From contig NC_086097.1 in assembly GCF_963921235.1 (NCBI RefSeq), forward strand, positions 124,374,001 to 124,438,000: a stretch of 64,000 nt of DNA, read 5' to 3'. Under the pieces are notes generated by a model. It saw only the letters and a program-made list of their open reading frames with translations, did no database searches and was not told the DNA's origin. Position 1 is the first letter of the stretch; each line of letters opens with the position of its first letter. The stretch comes from Mobula hypostoma. Taxonomy: Eukaryota. The position numbers and the translations under genes are program-made. Below, one piece after another: positions 37,860-50,516 of the stretch.

Positions 37860-40800
37860 TTAGTTGAAGTCAAAGTAAATTTATTATCAAAGTATGTACA
37901 GTATATATGTCATCATATACACAGAAACATCTGGAACTCCAACATTTTGTCTGTTACTTCAGATTTGGCTGAAATAGCCAGCACGAGAGGGCACAGTTTT
38001 AAGGTGCTCAGAAGTAGGTACAGAGGAGATGTCAAGGGTGAGTTTTTATTTTTACGCAGAGTGGTGAGTGAGTGGAATGGGCTGTCGGCGACAGTAGTGG
38101 AGGCAGATACGATAGAGTCTTTTAAGAGACTCCTGGACAGGTACATGGAGCTCAGAAAAATAGAGGGCTATGGGTAATCCAAGGTAATTTATAAAGTAAG
38201 GACATGTTCGGCACAGCTTTGTGGGCCGAAGGGCCCGTATTGTGCTGTAGATTTTCTATGTTCTATGTTTCAGTATCTGCAGAATCTTGTGTGTTTATGT
38301 CAGCATGGACAACCTTGAGATTAATTTTCTTGCAGGCATTTATCTGAAAATAAAGAAATATACAACATAATTTATTAAAAAATTATACTCAAGTAAAGCC
38401 CAACAAACAACCAATGTGCAAAAGAAGAGAAATTGCGTGAATAATACTGATAAAATAAGTTGTAGAGTCCTTGAAAGTGAGGCTGTAGGCTGTGGTACCA
38501 GTTCAGTGTTGAGGTGAGTGAAGTTATCCATGCTGGTTCAGGAGCCTGATGGTTGTAGGGTAGTAACTGTCCCTGAACCTGGTGGTGTGAGACCCAAGGC
38601 TCTTCAAAGCTAAGGCTATTAATGGACAGAATGGATGTGCTGGCACTGGAGAGGGTCCAGAGGAGGTTCACGAGAATGATTCCAGGAATGAAAGGGTTAA
38701 TGTATGAGGAACATCGGATGACCCTGGACCTGTACTCAATGGAGTTTAGAAGGGGTGGGATCTCATTGAAACCTATCGGATATTGGAAGGTCTAGATACA
38801 GTACGGTGGAGAGAATGTTTCCTACAGTGGATGAGTCGAGGACCAGAGGACACAGCCTCAGAATAGAGGGACATACTTGAAAGCAGATCAGGAGGAATTT
38901 CTGTAGAATTCATTACCACAGAAGGCTATGAGGTAATTTCACTTGATATTTTTAAAGTGGAATTTGATCATTCTTGATTAGTAAGCATGTCAAAAGTTAG
39001 ATGGAGAAGTCAGATGAAAGGGGTGGAAAGGGATGATAAATCAGCCTTGATAGTTTGGCAGAGCATACTCAATGCACCAAATGGCTTAACTTTGCTCCTA
39101 TGTCTTATGGTCTAATGCAAGCAGAGAGGATTATTGGCCAGAAAGTAGTTCAGTGACTGACTTGAACACAAAAACAACAATGAGGGATGGGCAGAAAATG
39201 CCAGAAACGCTGAAGTAGGGCAGCAGCTTTGGAAAAAAAAAATCAGATTGAAGGCATAATGAGAATGCCCTGGACATTAATTCTTTTTATCTTTCCACAG
39301 ATTTTGCCAGATCTATCGAGCATTTCCAACATTTTCTGTTTGTAGTTCAGACTCCTGGCATCTGCATTTCTTTAATTTTCAATGAGGTAAAAGAGCAGGC
39401 AAATATCCACTGGGTAAACCAAACAGTAAGAGACAAAGCAAGGGCACCCTCACTTTCAAGGGCTCAACAGCTCATGTTCGCAGTATGATTTCTTTCTTCA
39501 TTATTTTTTTGCTGTATCTGCCCAGATTGTCTTCCTTTGCATGTTGGTTGTTTATCAGTCTTTGTGTGCAGTTTTTCATTGATTCTATTCAATTTCTTCA
39601 TTTTACTGTGGATGCCTACCAGAAAATGAATCTCAGGGTAGCAAATGATGACATGTACATAATAGATTTACTTTGGACTTTGTAGAGTACTCAGCAACAG
39701 TTTGGTGGGATACTTGCCAAAAACAAAATTCAACAATAGACTCATCATAGGCTTGTATGCCAAACCAACAATGAGATTTCTGTACAACACTGAACTTATT
39801 AGATGACCTAAAACTCACTTTAAAGGACTCTTTACAACTCATGCTCTCAGTATTATTCATCTTCATAATTTATGTTCTTTTGCACATTGGCCATCAGTCC
39901 TTGTTTATGCACAGTTTTTCCATAAATTCTACTATATTTCTTTATTATCCTGTGAATGCCTGCAAGAAATTGAATCTCAGGGTGGTATATGGTGACATAC
40001 ACGTCATTTGATAATAAGTTTACTTTGACTTATCTTCAAAGGCAACTATTTGTTCTCAGCAGATGCAAGGTATCAGAGTTACTTGAGATTCATTTTCTCG
40101 CAGGCATTTACAGAAAAATTAAGGAATACAGTTGATGAAAAAGTGTACACAAAGATTGACAAACAACCAATGTGCAAAAGAGGACAAATTGCGCAAAGTA
40201 ATAAATAAACCATACTGTGAACACGAGTTGTAGAGCCTTTGAAAGTGAGCTTGTAGGTTGTGGAATCAGTTCAGTGTTGAGATGAGTGAGGTTTATCCGG
40301 GCCGGTTCAGCGGGCTGATTGTTGTTGGGTAATAACTGTTCCTGAACCTTGTGGAAGGCTGCTGACACTCGGGCCTCCAATACATGACAGATAAACCTTT
40401 GCTTCCATTAACCCATCAGCAGATTATACCACTATCTGTGTATGTTAGGTGTGACAGGTAAAATAATAAACTAAAAGAGAATAGGTACTGAACCATTGCA
40501 CAAAGAACCAATGCAAGGATGATTACAATCATTCTTGCCGCTCAGCGCCGACGTCACCTGATATGTCGGCAGAACGTTTTAAATGACTCGGACAGAATTT
40601 ATTAGCCTCAGCAATGCTTTGTTTCACACTATCTGCAAACTTGCGTGAAAGCAGAACTGATAGTAGTTGATCAAAGCATTGAGGAAATAGCTTGAATTAG
40701 TACTTTTATCTTAGGGGAAAGATGCAAAAAAGCTTGAAGTGGTGTTGCAATCTGTAACTGTTGTGAAATGCGAGTGTACCAGTAACCAATCATACCAATT

Positions 40801-41360
40801 CCGCTTAATTGTTTACAGTTTTTAAATGAGGCCTCAAGAATTAGCAACAAGCAGCATTTGTGGACATAAATATGACACGAGCAAGTTTCATTTCCACACA
40901 TTGGTGGACAAGCATCTGACAGGATTTGAGAAGGTGATATCAGACTGGATGGGCTACAATTTGAAGACAGACACTGGATAAGGATCTTCTATTCTGAACA
41001 CTACCGTTTTTCACCTCATTGGATATTCAGTCTTTGAGCATGCTCAGTGCCAAGAGTAAAGTGTGTTGCTTCAAAGTACATATTCTGTATCCCACCATAC
41101 ACTACCTTGAGATTCATTTTCTTGCAGGCATTCAGAGTAGAACTAAGAAGAACAATAGAATCAATGGAAAGCTACAAAGACTGACAAACAACCAATGTGC
41201 AAAAGAAGACAAGCTGTACAAATACAAAAAAAAAGTAATAAATAAATCAGTAAATAAATAATGCTGGGAACATGAGTTGTAGACTCATTGAAAGTCAGTC
41301 TGTAGGTTGTGGTATCAATTTAGTGTTGAGGTGAATGAAGTCATCCGCACTGGTACAGCA
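37860..41360. mobile_element. Cluster of short Rex-Babar 3' ends and CR1/HER1 3' fragments in both orientations
   Basis: HER1 37960-38270(+), Rex-like 38295-38600(-), CR1 38625-39110(+), Rex-like 39445-39680(+), 39810-40030(+), 40080-40350(-) and 41080-41360(-). Boundaries approximate. Confidence 0.7.
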
Positions 41361-41494
41361 ATGTGATCATTTGTTATCTTATGAGGAATGGTCGAGCAGG
41401 CTTTGGCCTTTTTCTTTGGAGCGAATGAGGATGAGAGGTGTACAAGATGACAAGAGGCGTTGATCGAGTGGATAGCCAGAGACAGAAATGATTA

Positions 41495-41977
41495 TGAGGG
41501 GTGATTGATAAGTTCGTGGCCTAAGGTAGAAGGAGTCAATTTTAGAAAACTTAGCACACTTATTTTTCAACATAGTCCTCTCCTACATGTACACACTTGG
41601 TCCAGCGATCGTGGAACATACGGATCCCTTCTTTGTAGAAGTGGTCCACAGCAGAGTTGATTGATAAGTTCGCGGCCTAAGGTAGAAGGAGATGAGTTAT
41701 ACAGCTTTTGTTACATGCACATGCAGTCCAACTCTTTGAGTGAAAATGCAGAAAGTTTGAAGTTTCTCCTCATCTCCTTCTACTTTAGGCCACAAACTTA
41801 TCAATCACCCCTGCTGTGGTCCACTTACTGGAGGTCCAAGACGCCGACTTCTACAAAGGGATCCGTATGCTCCACGACTGCTGGACTAAGTGTGTAAATG
41901 TAGGAAAAATAAATGTGCTAGGTTTTCTAAAATTGACTTCTTCTACCCTAGGCCATGAACTTATCAATCACCCCTCG
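41495..41977. mobile_element. Mariner-type palindromic MITE inserted in a CR1 fragment (~41380-42190)
   Basis: TA TSDs (41493-41494, 41978-41979), TIR (C/T)GAGGGGTGATTGATAAGTTCGTGGCCTA, long inverted arms and an internal second TIR copy. Confidence 0.9.
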
Positions 41978-42182
41978 TAATACAAGGGGTTTTAAGGTGA
42001 TTGGAGAAAGGTATAGTGGGGATGTTAGAGACGAGTTTTTTTTTAAAAACACAGATCAGTGTGTGAGTGAAACACCCTGCTTGGTTCATGGCAAAGGCAG
42101 ATATATTAGGGTCATTTAAAAAGACTCTTCGATAGGCACAGAAAAGTTAGAAAAACTGAGGTTAGTGTGGGAGGGAAGGGTT

Positions 42183-42480
42183 AGAGTGTGAGAGAGAGCT
42201 GGAGAAGAGAGCGCGCACGAGGGAGAGTGCAAGAGAGAGAGAGTGTGTGAACGAGGGAGAGCAAGAGGGAGAGAGCGAGAGAGAGTGAGAGGGAGAGAGC
42301 GAGAGAGAAAGCACGAGAGAGCACGCAGCAGAGAAAGCGGGCACGCGTGGCAAAGAGAGTGTAAGAGACAGACAGATCGCGACAGAGAGCGAGAGAGCAT
42401 GAGAGAGAGTGCGACAGAGAGAGCATACGAGAGAGAGAGCACGCGACAGAGAGAGAGCGTGCGAGGGAGAGAGCCCGAAT
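42183..42480. repeat. GA-rich low-complexity / degenerate microsatellite
   Basis: Direct observation; source of several spurious ORFs. Confidence 0.9.
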
Positions 42481-42719
42481 GAGTGAAGTGGCAGTATGAA
42501 GGCATGTGGAACAGAGAAAGGAAGGAATTGAAAATAAATAATTAAAATTATAGAATGTGAGATTTCTTTAAGCATGCATAAACAGAATCAAACACTCTGG
42601 ACCTGTTCCACTTGGACCCAGAGGCCAATTGGAATTTAATTATCTTTTTAGTAAACAACTTCAGTGGGAAGTACCAAGAAACTTTCTCGTACTCCAAGTA
42701 TTTCCTGGTACTCCATGAT

Positions 42720-43115
42720 TAGAATTAGAATCAGAATCAGGTTTAACATCACCAGCATACGTTGTGAAATTTGTTGTTTTGTAGCAGCAGTACAATGCAA
42801 TACATAATAATAAAAAAAATGACAGCAAATAGAGGGGAAGAAGCTGTTCCTGAATCATTGAGTGTGTGCCTTCAGGTTTCTGTACCTTTTTCCTGATGGT
42901 AGCAATGAGAACAAGGCATGACCTGGGTGATGGGGGTCTTTAATGATGACTGCTGCCTATTTGAGACATCACTCCTTGAAGATGTCCTGGGTACTACAGA
43001 GGCTAGTGCCCATGATGGAGCTGACTGAGTTTACAACTCACTACAGCTTACTTTGATCCTGTGCCATAGCACCACCCTACCCCTGTATCAGGCATTAACG
43101 CAGCCAGTTAGAATG
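42720..43115 (-). mobile_element. Rex1-like LINE 3' fragment
   Basis: (GATTCT)n tail (agaatcagaatcagg on +); same family as 63275-63807. Confidence 0.8.
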
Positions 43116-44045
43116 CCAAGGTGAAACTTTCTGTGGTAAATGGAACATGCAATTAAGTGCAACCCAGAAAATTCCCGTAATAGTTGACTGGGCGAAACAA
43201 AGAGAAGGACAGCATGTATCGACTTGCAAGCACCAAACGACTTGTCCTGCATCCTGATCTGTTGAATCTAGAGTAGATTTCTCCTGAATTCACGGCAAGT
43301 TAAACTAAAACAGCAGGCATTGTTACCATACTGGAGGAATTCAGCTGGTTGAGCAGTAGTTGAGGAGGGGAAAGGAATTATTAATATTTCATGTCAAAAA
43401 TCCTGAAACAGTTCTGAGAGAGAGGGGAAGGGAGTGGTGAGTCAGCAACTCAGCAGGACAGGCAGCATCTGTGGAAGGGCATAAGATGCCAATGTTCTGA
43501 ACAGAGACCCTATACCAGACCTGATGAAGAGTCTTGGCCCAGAATGTCTACTCTGTATTCCATCATCTGCAGAATCTCTTGTGTTTGTGGTGAGACAGGG
43601 GTCAGAAGGTGATTGGAGGGCTGAGGAACAGTGAGGGATCACAGGCAGATGGAATGAGTTGGAAATTCCAGAGGGAATTTGTAACAGTCAGCATGGCTTT
43701 GTGTGGGGCAGGCTATGCCCTACTAACTAGGCTGAGTTTTTGAGGTGACAGGTGATCAATGAAGGTTGAGCTATGGGATGTTATCATATGGATTCTAGTA
43801 AGGCTTTTAATGGGTTATGGGGAGAAGGCAGGAGAATGGGGTTGAGGGGGATAATAAATCAGCCACGATGGAAAGGTGGAGCAGTCTCGACAGGAGCAGA
43901 ATTAGGCCATTCAGCCCAAGTCCTATGGTCAACCAGGTAGAGATGGGGGAGAGGGGAGTTACAGTACAGAGGCAGGTGTATGATAGGCAGAGGCTGACAA
44001 ACTAAAAGGCAGGTGGAGGGAGGGGAGGGTGAAGGTGGTCAGCTA

Positions 44046-44590
44046 CACTTACTGGCCACGTGGCAAGGTCCCGCCTGTACCTGACAAGGTGGCTGCTGAG
44101 TGTATGTTCGTGGCATTCTGCTGTTGTAGGCCACCCACTTCAAGGTTTGACGTGTTCTGCACTTGGAGATGCTCTGCTGCACACCACAGTTGTAGCATGT
44201 TTATCTGAGTTACTGTCGCCTTCCTGCCAGCTTGAACCAGTCTGGCCGTTCTCCTCTGACCTCTGTCATTAACAAGGCACTTTCACCCACAGGACACCAC
44301 CCACTAGATGCTTTTTGCTTTTCACACCACTGAGGTGCATGAAAATCCCACGAGATAAGCAGTTCCTAAGCTTAATCAAACCACCCCATCTGGCACCAAC
44401 AATCATTCCACGGTCAAAGTCACTCAGATCACATTTCTTCCCCCATTCTGATGTTTGCTCTGAACGAATGAACTCTTTGACCATGTCTGCATGCCTCTAT
44501 GCATTGAGTTGCTGCCTCATGATTGGCCGATTAGATATCTGCATTAACAAGCAGGTGTACAGGTGTTCCTAATAAAGTGGCCACTGAGTA
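44046..44590 (-). mobile_element. Tc1-like non-autonomous element
   Basis: TA-flanked TIRs (cacttactggccac / cctaataaagtggccactgagta) and GKKCDLSDFDRGMIVGAR on the minus strand. Confidence 0.85.
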
Positions 44591-44685
44591 TAAAAGGGAT
44601 GATAAACAGGAACACAGAGTCTACCAGAAAAGTCTGCTAACAATCATTTTCTCAGCTGAGCTCAGCTATTTATTTCAGCACTTAC

Positions 44686-44760
44686 CATTTCTGCATGGTT
44701 CCCAGATAACTTTGGTTGATGTGCTGAGATTTCCTTAATGCAACTTCCCAGAAGAAAGGC
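44686..44760 (-). CDS. SNX31: SNX31-like coding exon
   Basis: 75-nt phase 0/0 exon with acceptor ccttttgcAG and donor ATG/GTAAGT. It encodes AFLLGSCIKEISAHQPKLSGNHAEM, matching the SNX31-type AFLLSSCLK...EM segment better than SNX17 AIMMSICLQ. Confidence 0.88.
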
Positions 44761-44914
44761 CTGCAAAAGGTTTAACAATTAACAAAGCATGAAATAAAAC
44801 AGACACTCCAAAAGCAACACCTCTATGGTTCATACTCGCAGCTGAAATGTTTTGATCTGATGGAAACAACTGAAAAGATACCTGGAGAACTTGTGTGACA
44901 ACCAGGCTTTTTCA

Positions 44915-45440
44915 GCAATCACAAGAGATTCTGCAATTGCTATTAACCCGGTGCAAGAGACACAAATGCTGAAGGAACTCATAGAGGGTCAGGCAGCATC
45001 TGTGCAAAGGAATAAACAGTTGACATTTAGGTCTGAGGCCCTTCATCGGGAAGAAGGGGGAAGAGGCCTGAATAAGACAGTGGGGGAGGAGGCAATGATA
45101 GGTGAAGGAGCCAGGTGAGAGGGATGATTTGGGTGGGGAAAATGAGATAAAGTGGGAAGCCGGGAGGTGTTGGGTGGGAAAGGTAAAGGGCTGAGGGAGG
45201 AGGAATATGATAGGAGAGCAGAGTGGACGGTGGCAGAAAGGGAAGGAGGAGAGACAACACGGGGAGGTGATAGGCAGTTGAGGAGGAGGAGAAGGAGCAA
45301 GAAGGGAGTCAGAATGGGGAATAGAAAAAGAGAGGTGGAGGTGGGGGTGGGGGGGGGTTGAAATTACTGGAAGTTAAAGGAATCGATGTTAATGCCATCA
45401 AATTGGAGGCTTCCCAGGCAGAATATGAGGTGTTGCTCAG
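44915..45440 (-). mobile_element. Penelope-like element 3' end
   Basis: EQHLIFCLGSLQFDGINID remnant plus a pLTR with decayed hammerhead at ~45018-45050. Confidence 0.75.
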
Positions 45441-45744
45441 CAAGTAATTCAGTGTCAATTATGCACAATCTCCTTATGAATGGTCCACTTGGCATTCAAA
45501 ATGCTCATATGGACTATTAACCAGCACCGTCCCTTTGTGGGACATGGTCATCTGTTCCGCAATGGTGGTTTAAACGAAAAAGCCAAAAGAACAAAGGTGT
45601 AGGTGGTAATAGGGTAAAAAAAACATTCTCGGGTACAAGAAAGTAAATGAATAATTTATGGAAAATATAATTAGGGTAAAGATGGAACCATTACAATTAA
45701 TGATTTAAATTCAGTTAAGCTTTCTAACAAACTGAAGCTTTCTT

Positions 45745-46605
45745 TGGGAGTGGCACAGTCGGGTAGTAGTGAGGGCATCGCTTTACAGTGCCAGTGATCG
45801 CTGATCGGGGTTCGATTCCTGTCTCTGCGTGTAGGGAGTTTCCATGTTCCCCACATGACCATGTCGGTTTCCTCTTGGTGTTCTGATTTCCTCCCACCGT
45901 TCAAAGACATACCGTTATCAGATTATTATTAGATTATGAGGACATGCAGTCCTCTCTTATTGTCATTTAGTAATGCATGTATTAAGAAATGATACAGTAT
46001 TCCTCCGGTGTGATATCACAGAAACACAGGACAGACCAAGACTGAAAAACTAACAAAAACCACATAATTATAACATATAGTTACAACAGCGCAACAATAC
46101 CATAACTTGATGAAGAACAGGCCATGGGCACAGTAAAAAAGTTCAAAGTCTCTCCAAAGTCCCACATCTCACACAGACAGGAGAAGGAAGAAAACTCTCC
46201 CTGCCATGCCCGACCACAGTCCGGCTCTGAGTCGTCCGAAAACTTCAAGCCTCCGACCAGCCCTCCGACGCCGAGTACCATCTCTGCCGAACACTTCGAC
46301 CCCAGCCTCGGTTGCCAGCAGTAGGCAAAGCTGGGGATTTTGGGGCCTTCCCTCCGGAGATTCTCGATTGCACAGTAGCAGCAGCAGCGAACCGGGCATT
46401 TCGGAAGTTTCTCCAGATGTTCCTCTGCACTTCTCACGTCTGTGTCAGAATTAGAATCAGTGAATTGCAGGCATGCTACATTGGCATGGATGTAAGGCAA
46501 CACTTGCAGACCACTCCCAGCACAATCCTCGCTGATTTGATTTGACACATTTCACTATATGTTTTGATGTAAATGTATCAAATGAAGCTAATCTTTAATC
46601 TCCTT
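45745..46605 (+). mobile_element. V-domain SINE split by a GC-rich minus-strand insertion (~45920-46445)
   Basis: Head with ggggttcgattcc and V core, and a tail matching the 26880-27190 family. The intervening element is unclassified. Confidence 0.6.
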
Positions 46606-46664
46606 AAAAATCTTTAAACAGTAACTATGTATCTATTCAAGTTCTTATCTAATCTTATCTGTAA

Positions 46665-48500
46665 CCCGCGGCCCGACGCTGGAGTTGGATATTGTTCAGC
46701 TGGCTCTAAGAGAGTTCATGGACAACATCACTATAACGACTGTGTCACATGTCCAAGCAAGACATGTAGCCACTTGGGCGAGGATGTCCTTCAAGGCCAA
46801 GAAGTCCAGGTGCATGGTGATCAGAAAGGGCAAAGTTACTAGCAAGTTTAGTCTCCAAGTTCAGGGTGAGGTCATCCCTTCCATCGAAGATAACCCGATA
46901 AAATGCTTGGGGAAGTGGTTAATGTGTCACTAACAGATGGGGCGAATGTCACCAATGCTGTGAAGCAGATAGACGAATTGCTGAAGAAGATCGACAAATC
47001 CGGACTTCCCGGTAAATTCAAGACCTGGCTGTACCAGTACGGCCTTCTGCCCAGGCTTCTCTGGCTCTTCACACTTTATGAGCTCCCCATGACTGCCGTA
47101 CAGGGCATCGAGAGAAAAACCAACAAGCACCTGCAGAGATGGTTGGGAGTTCCCCCAAGCTTCTCTTCAGTGGGTCTCTATATTCGATCTGGGCAACTGC
47201 AGCTTCCCCTGTCGTCTGTTGTGGAGGAATTCAAGGTGGCAAAATGCAGAGCCTTATTAAGCTTGAGAGATTCCATTGACATCTTGGTAAAGCAAGCAGG
47301 TGTTACAACCAGATCTGGGCACAAGTGGGCAGCCAACGCAGCTGTGGAGCAGGCAGTGTGTTCTCTGAAGCTGTGAGATATCATCGGCAACCCCTGTGTC
47401 GAGTGGCAAGGCCTCGGCTCAGTTCACTTCCAGCAGTAGGGAAACGCAAGCATAAGGAACAGGCGAGACATGGTACAGGCAGAAGTACGGATCCGTGAGG
47501 AAGAGAAGTGGATGTCAAAGGCAGTGGAACAAGGGTCCCAGGGTGCCTGGACAAAATGGGATCTGCCTAAGCACCAGATCTCATGGGCAGAGTTATGGAG
47601 ACTGGAGCCCTTCCATATTTCCTTCCTCTTGCGATCTGTGTATGACACCCTTCCTTCACCATTACATCTGTACACATGGGGGATGAGAGAGGACCCAAAT
47701 TGTAAGCTCTGTGGTCAAAAGGGGACACTGGCTGATATACTGTCCGGGTGTAAAACAGCTCTAACTCAAGGATGGTATAGATGGCGCCATGATAAGGTGC
47801 TTCTGGCTCTTGCTGACACACTAGAGCAGGAGAGATGCAAGAGGAGGACGGCTGACACAGATTTGAGGAAGGCCACCACCTTCATCAAAGAGGGAGCCAG
47901 GCCTTTCGTAACCAAACAACCAAAGCCCAATCTGCTGCTAACGGCCAGGTCCTGGGAGATGAGGGTCGATGTGGGAAGGAGGCTGCAGTTCCCGGATGTT
48001 GTGCACACAACCCTATGCCCGGACATTGTACTGTGGTCAACCGAAGACAAGAAAATAATTCTGGTTGAGCTGACTGTGCTGTGAGAGGAGGGATGGGAAG
48101 AGGCCCACGAGAGAAAGGCCTTGAAGTACCAGCTCTTAGTGCAGGAGTGTAAAGACAAGGGATGGCAGGCATGGTTGTTCCCTGTGGAGATCGGCTGCAG
48201 AGGTTCCCCAGCCAAATCAGCATGGCGGTTGTTGTCAGATCTGGGCCTGGACGAAAGGAACAAAAAACAAGCAGCTCGTAGGATGGGGGAAGAGGCAGAA
48301 CGAGCCTCTTGTTGGATTTGGAGTAGGCAAGAGGAGGGGAGCTGGAAGACAGGAGCAGATGGGCAGTGATTTGGCCACCACTGCCGGCCCATCAACTGGA
48401 GGGTGTCATGGTTAACGGTCAAAACACTCGGTGAAGGTTGGGAACCACCTGATGACATCTGCTCCTGGCTGAAGGCTACAGTTACCTTTTAAGGTAACTG
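46665..48500 (+). mobile_element. Second, divergent 5'-truncated HERO-clade retrotransposon
   Basis: FMDNITITT, SGLPGKFKTWLYQYGLLPRLLW, CKLCGQKGTLADILSGC..WRHD, PDIVLWS..ELTVL, KY..GWQAWLFPVEIGCRG; stop at 48367-48369. Confidence 0.9.
48386..48461 (+). ncRNA. Permuted hammerhead-ribozyme-like motif in HERO-2 3' UTR (probably inactive)
   Basis: GGCC ... GGGTG-TC-ATGGTT ... GGTC-AAAA-CACTC ... AACCAC-CTGATGA; same architecture as 10731-10797 with covarying stems. Confidence 0.65.
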
Positions 48501-50376
48501 GAGAATGCACCCTAACAGGTGTATGTAACAAACAAGTAGAGAACTAAAGCTGATGGAGTTATGTTTCTCATAAAAGAAAAATTTTTACCAAACACTAATA
48601 AAGTCTAAAAGAGCTTCTGTAACAATAGCAAAAAGTCCAAGCCTTACTTCTCTTCAGTACCTACACTGCTGTATTAATGAGAACTTCATCAATGACTCGG
48701 CTGCTTCAATACAAGGACAAGCAAAAACAGACCAGCTGATTTTCATTTGACTGTCCTCTATCTAGTGGAGATATTCATTGGTGCATTAAAGTATTACAGA
48801 CTCATCGACTTCAGCCATCTTATGACAACAAATTTCTAAAACAACTCTGATATGGGCAGTCCCAAGCTCGGCTGTGAAAGGAGAAAGGCTGGGCATGAGG
48901 CTAGCAACTCCATCCCGTAGAAACCCAGTGCTACAGAAATGCCAACAGAGGCTCCAAAGACCTCATCCCTGGCAGAGGAAAGATCTACGCCTACATAATG
49001 TATGAAGTTGTGTGGTGGAAGCGGAGGCCGCAGGCCGATCAACTTTTGGCCCAGGACAGAGGACTCTGGTGAGCTGCAAAGGCCCCAGAAAAAGAGGGGG
49101 TGATGAGAGAGAAGAAAATGCTTTGACCCTTGTCCTTGCCTCGCATTTGCTCACCTCTTCATTGTTTGCAGTGATCATTTACCATAATTATCATTAACCG
49201 TAAAAATGTTATTAATAAAGTATTTAGTTGTATTCCTTGTTTTGTTAACCACCAGAAAGCAGTCACTCGCCCTCTTAAACTGGAAGTTTTATGCTTTGGA
49301 GTTACTAAACAACAGTGGTGAAGATTAAGTTTTAAACGAACCCGAGACAACTACCTATCTGTTGAAGCACAGTGAGATGTTAGAGTTAATAAAAAAGCAC
49401 AGCAAGAAACGATTGAGTCAAAAAAAAGCAAAGCATGGTCGGGTTAAAAAAAGCAGATAACAGACACATTTATAGACATATAAACAGTGAATACTGAGTA
49501 CTGTATGATAATCATAAATAAAAAGCAGCAAAAATGGCTGGCTGCATCAGGAAGATCGACACACTTGATTGCACAGGGTATAACTGAATATTGTATATTG
49601 TGCAAATTAAGCAGTATTTTAAGGCAAATGGAACAGCTGATGAGAAGCAAGAGCCAGTTTTACTGACTGCGTTAGGTGGACGAGCATACAGTTTGCTTCA
49701 AAGTTTGACTGTTCCAACCAAACCAGCTGAAATTAGCTTTGCTGATATCGTGAAAGTAATGCAGGAACATTTAGAACCGAAACCAGTGTTAATTGCAGGA
49801 TGATGTAGGTTTCATAGGTGGAATCAAAAGGAGGGGGTGTCTATTTCAGCGTATGTGGCTGAATTGAAGCTGTCCAAGCATTATCAATTCAGTGATGGGC
49901 ATAACAATGCACTGAGAAGCTGTTTAGTTTGTGGAGTCTTTCAAGAAAGCATTCAAAAATGGCTTGAAAGGACAGTTGAAATAGGTCTATCGATAGAAAC
50001 AGCAGACAGGGATGCATGTGAGATGCAGTCAGGAAGGAATTTACTATGAACAAAATTGCAACGTCTAAACAGAAATGGGCCTGGTCGAACAAACTGTGTT
50101 ACCGTTGTGGCAAGGGCTCTGATACACCAGACCAATATAGGTCTAAGGGTGAAACTTTGTAGAAAATGCAATGAAGTAGGGCAGATAAAAAGAGCATGTC
50201 AATCAGACAAAAATAAATGAGAAGGGAAAAGAAAAAGATTAAAAAAAAGTCAAGTTGCAGTTTCAAAAGGAGCACTAATCTGCATGCTGTTGGTGAAAAA
50301 TATGATAATGATGAAAGTAATACAGGACTGAGTAGCCTTGAGACTTACAATGTGAAAACTAACAACAGACAAGCAA

Positions 50377-50516
50377 ATAAGAGAAAATTTGCAAATGCTG
50401 GATATCAAAGCAATCAACAGAAAATACAGAAGGAATTCAGCAGGCTAGGCAGCATCTATGGAAAAGAGTAAACAGTCGATGTTTCAGGCAGAGATCATTC
50501 ATCAGGACCCTTCATC
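50377..50516 (-). mobile_element. Short Penelope pLTR insertion in Gypsy
   Basis: TSD aacagacaagcaa (50364-50376) / aatacacaagcaa (50517-50529); absent at the equivalent position of the first Gypsy copy. Confidence 0.8.

Noticed and set aside
42116..42575. Ser/Leu- or Arg/Glu-rich ORFs
   Set aside because: They are translations of a GA-rich low-complexity tract.
43205..43290. Alternative SNX31 exon (EKSTLDSTDQDAGQVVWCLQ)
   Set aside because: Weak polypyrimidine tract and a poor donor (gtcgat); 36257-36316 has much better splice signals.
48430..48455. SECIS-like GTGA...TGAT motif in the HERO 3' UTR
   Set aside because: The helix is too short for a SECIS, and the bases are better explained by the hammerhead stem I and CUGAUGA.
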